Shown here one piece after another: positions 60,085-64,000 of a DNA stretch of 64,000 bases. This stretch comes from Heteronotia binoei. Its lineage: Eukaryota. The notes under the pieces were generated by a model. That model was not told the origin of the DNA. It saw only the letters and a program-made list of their open reading frames with translations, and searched no databases. The stretch lies in assembly GCF_032191835.1 (NCBI RefSeq), contig NC_083234.1:62124001-62188000 (forward strand), written 5' to 3'. Every line of letters starts with the position of its first letter. Within the stretch, counting starts at the first letter, position 1. A program made the translations under genes and the position numbers.

Positions 60085-60430
60085 TATTTTATTTGACTTA
60101 CATCCCACCCTCCCCATGAAGCAGGCTTAGGGCGGGTTCCATCAGAAAATCACACAGTTAAAACAATTAAGAACAAGCTAAAATTCCATTATAAAAGATA
60201 ATATACAAACTCAGACTTAGAGGTCTCTGCCTCGACAGTAGAGACCTATCGGTCCAGGGGTCCAACAGATCCCAAAACCACTGGAATGAGCAGGGGAGGC
60301 CTAATAGTGAGTTATGTCTGCTGCCTCAACTGAAGGCCTGGTGGAAGAGTTCTGTTTTTTGGACCTGCAGAACAGGAGCATGTCCACAGAGCCCTGATCT
60401 CCAAGGGAAGTTCATCCTACCAGGCAGGGA
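60085..60430 (-). mobile_element. L2-like LINE 3' fragment
   Basis: ttatttattttt...acatcccaccctcccc...gcaggcttagggcggg...gaaggcctggtggaagagttctgtttt. Confidence 0.6.
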
Positions 60431-61816
60431 CATCTCTTATAGAGAGAAGGCATCTAGTTTTGTTGTTGTTGTTAAACTTTAGCTCTACCCAGTAGAGAAA
60501 ACGTCTATGTGTAATTTTGTTTCTTGGAGATTGGAAAGAATAACATGTATTCCAACCATCAGGGACAGTCCTTATTTTCAATCCCTGGAAGAAACACTAT
60601 CCCTATTTTGGCTTTTTAGGAATGCCTTATTAACATATTGCTGGTGTGAATTTCAGAGTGTCCCTCAGGCTTTAGCTGTGTAGCCAGGATTTCTGGAAGT
60701 TAAATCACAGATTGAGGAATGGATACATTTTGTGTGCATGTGAATGTTAAAGCACCATGAAATGCACAGCTTGCTACTTCATGTCCTGCAGCTGTTGGGA
60801 TAGATTTTGATCTGTTGATATTGCTGAATAAATTAATACAGCATACAGCCAGTGGCATAGAGCCTTCAGCAATACATAATGATATGTATTGGGCACTGAT
60901 CCCTGATCTAGGATTTGGGCTGTTAGAACTTTGTGCCAGTATTTTCACACATGAAATGTTGGAGTGCATGAGATGAATTTTTGACTTCCGTTTGTCTCTT
61001 TAATTCTGTTTAGAATGAATATGTCAACCCAGCATCTCTCTCAAATTACTTTCCTAAGCTTGCTTGCCAAAAGCTGAAGTTAAATGTGTGGAGATGGCTT
61101 AGGCCTTGCCTTTTCAGGGATTTTGTTTTTGTAATGGGATATTAAGGGGGAAAATGATTTGATCGAGGATTTGGGACCACAGATTTAAATTGGGTGGCTG
61201 TTTCTTTCTCCATGTTGATGGGTGCTTATTTCTGTGTGAAGTTTTTGCATTATGTCCAAACTGTTGAAAGAATCAGTGCCCTGGATCAGGGTCAAAGCAC
61301 TTGAGCACTGACAACCTTCTTTCCTTCTAAGCTGTCTGAAGTTGGAGGGTGGTTATTTTCTCAGTGCAGGCAGCAAGAGGGAGAAGGCTGCAGCAGCTGC
61401 AACTGCAGCAGCATCGCCTCTAACTGTGTGATTGATCGAGACAGAGCCTGGTCCTTCCTGAGATAAATACCAGCTATTAGCAAGGTCTGACATCTCTGCC
61501 AGCTGGGCCTCTCCGACCCTCCAGGCACTCTCCTTTCCAAGTGTAGTCAGGAAGCAGGAGGGACCTCTCCTCCTTTGCCCAGCATGAACTTAGAAAGGCT
61601 ATTTGCAGAAGGTCAAATCAGGCTAGTCGATGCTGGCTTTGCAGAAAGAATTTGCTGAAGGATTGTTAGTCATCCTTGGAACATGTCAAACTGCCTCTTT
61701 TTAATCATTCTATGCATATATTTCAACAGAAAGATCATGTTTCCTCCTCAAGTGGTTTTTTTGCTACCTAGCTTTGGAACAGCATCCACTTGTGAATGGG
61801 ATTACCCTTTCTCTCC

Positions 61817-62150
61817 AGGACCAGCTCTACCACTAGGCAAACTAGGCATTTGCCTAGGTTGCCAGCCTTCTGGGGGCACCATTCTATCCTGTGAGCCCAT
61901 AATTGGCCCGTAGCCCAGCATTGGCCTGTAGGCTAGAATGGAACGATCAGGCTGCCACTGCAACACAATGCTACATAAGGGATTTTAAACTTCAGCTCCC
62001 TTCTCTGGGGTCGCACCACAGTGGTTGTCAGATCTCACCATTCTATGGGCCCATAGAATAGAATGGACAGATCTGGCTTTAGCACCCCCAGAGAAGGGGG
62101 GTGGGTGGGATAGTTAGCCTTGCCTAAGGTGCCAAAGGGTCTAGGGCCAA
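61817..62150. mobile_element. hAT (Tip100-like) MITE, decayed
   Basis: ccagctctaccactaggcaaactagg...ttgcctagg at the left and gccttgcctaaggtgcc...ctagggcc at the right. Confidence 0.5.
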
Positions 62151-62413
62151 CTAGACCCCAATGTTTCTATCATAAGAGCTTCTCATTCTGTTATCAGAAA
62201 TGCTGGGGGTCTCCTCTTTTTATGGGGGAATTAGCAGAGGCAGACCTAAGTAGAGCTCTTTAGGAGCAGGATTACCACAAAGTGTATAACAGTACTTGCC
62301 TCAGAGAGAGATAAATTTTGGAATGACCAACTTGATTTTAATTAAGAAAGGGTTTTCTAAAATTAAAAATAAAATAATATGATAAAAATATATACACACT
62401 AAATTTAAAGTGT

Positions 62414-62444
62414 TATATATATATACACACATACATACATACAT

Positions 62445-62490
<46 letters not shown>
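62414..62490. repeat. Compound microsatellite (TA)n(CATA)n(CA)n
   Basis: Directly visible. Confidence 0.98.
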
Positions 62491-62492
<2 letters not shown>

Positions 62493-63009
62493 ATCACCAG
62501 AAAAACAGGTTTTAGTAGAGCGGATAGGCGCTAGAATTTGTGGGGTGAAAGAGTTTCATAGCTGTCTGTCTGGAGAGTTTAAGTCCAGTGGGAGAAGGGG
62601 CAAGATGACCAGCATCTTGGGTGTGTGGTTGGAACCAGGAACACACGAAGAACTAGATGAAAAAGGAGGACATTTCTTAATGTGTGTGAGAGGGTATTCT
62701 ATAAAGTAGCAACTTAGTGGAGCTGCGCAATTAATGATTTCTTGATGGCCTGGCCTAAAGGAAAGAAATGCAGATTTAGAGAAATATTTAGAAGAACTAC
62801 TTTTCGAGAGTAAAGTGATTGCTTGGAGGAGGAATGTACTGGAAGTTCCATAGTATAACAGGAAGGGAATTGATAATGTAAATGTAGACAAACATTGGAA
62901 GAGTTGTGTCCACAAAAGGGGTGATGGCTAGAGGAAGGAAATACCATCAGTGTCATAGTATGGCAGGATTTTTGAGAGGATGACAGATATAGAACATAAT
63001 CTATTCATG

Positions 63010-63306
63010 AGAGCCCCATGGCGCAGAGTGGTAAAGCTGCAATACTGCAGTCAGAGCCCTCTGCTCATGACCTGAGTTCGATCACAGCAGAAGCTGGTTC
63101 AGGTAGCTGGCTCCAGGTTGACTCAGCCTTCCATCCTTCCGAGGTCAGAAAAATGAGTATCCAGCTTGCTGGGGGGAAAGTGTAGATGACTGGGGAAGGC
63201 AATGGCAAACCACCCCATAAAAAGTCTGCCATGAAAACATTGTGAAAGCAACATCACCCCAGAGTCAAAAATGACTGGTGCTTGCATAGGGGACTACCTT
63301 TAGCTT
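63010..63306 (+). mobile_element. Sauria SINE (Squam1-like)
   Basis: Same body as 38121; 13-bp TSD TAATCTATTCATG at 62997-63009 and 63307-63319. Confidence 0.9.
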
Positions 63307-64000
63307 TAATCTATTCATGCCATGGAAGACATACTAGAGGCATGATCCTTTGTCTATGCACTTTTCCTAACAATAGGCCATTAGAGGTTGGGACCTTTGC
63401 TCATCCTTTGTTTCCCAGAAAAGGGGAGGGGGGGAAGAGGAAGCTGAATAGCGGAATGTCGCATAGCGGAATGTTGCAGGTTGTTGTGAACCTGTTTCTC
63501 TCTCAGGTTCAACTATGGCTCCTAGCTGTCCCATTGTTAATGCCAAGCCTGACTTTTCTGAGGGCATTGCTGTGGAAGTTCATTGGTCTCTCTGGGTGTT
63601 AGGGTGTCTCTGCTCACATGGAAAAACCACCTCAGGCTGAGGGTGGGCACCCTGGCAACAATTCCTGTTTTTATCCCATGGTTGGGACAATTTAAATACC
63701 TCCTGTCCTGCATTTTGAGTGGAGAATAAGGGCTGCCATCCTTTTCCTGGACTATGATGATGTGCCTGTAACAGCAGGTTGATATGCAGGCTTTTAGTAG
63801 GTGTAGTTTCTCTAATATGGAGACGAAGTGATGGGGGCAGGCAGGGGGGGAGGAAAGCTTCACCTGATATATTTCTGTGCATCATGCTACCGTTAAGGGC
63901 ACAGAACCACAATGGGGAAAATTTTTCAACTCTTTAGGCAACCCCACATTTCTCTCCAGCTCTAGCAAACACTGGAGAAACTTTCATTGGCTCAAATTCA

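Noticed and set aside
61584-61658. 24-codon ORF MNLERLFAEGQIRLVDAGFAERIC
   Set aside because: Length expected by chance; no homology recognised and no splice support.
62491-62996. Possible coding fragment after the microsatellite
   Set aside because: No recognisable domain or element boundary; left unassigned.

Overview
Vertebrate genomic DNA, most likely a gecko (inferred from the squamate-type SINE, CR1, L1 and MITE repertoire). The only host gene supported is CACNA1B (Cav2.2, N-type calcium channel alpha-1B) on the + strand. Three coding exons are present: 10154-10306, 19372-19559 and 59859-59962, equivalent to exons 5-7 and encoding domain I S5, the pore loop and S6. They are separated by GT-AG introns of 9,065 and 40,299 bp. 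The rest is intronic and densely filled with transposons: a full-length antisense L1 with target-site duplication (TSD), a 5'-truncated L1, two DIRS remnants, CR1/L2/RTE fragments, tRNA- and 5S-derived SINEs, Penelope-like termini and many hAT-type MITEs, several nested 3-4 levels deep. There are two assembly gaps (35390-35570, 47964-48113). The most unusual structure is a TSD-bounded non-autonomous hAT element (33760-36326) carrying promoter-like CpG-rich sequence, a tandem array built from the 3' termini of two CR1 families, and a 165-bp palindromic GC-rich array. The second is a minimal hammerhead-ribozyme fold with intact core in a Penelope-like insert (24043-24083, minus strand). Nothing here can be shown to be a new host system from sequence alone. 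Repeat family names come from recalled consensus features and need RepeatMasker/Dfam confirmation.
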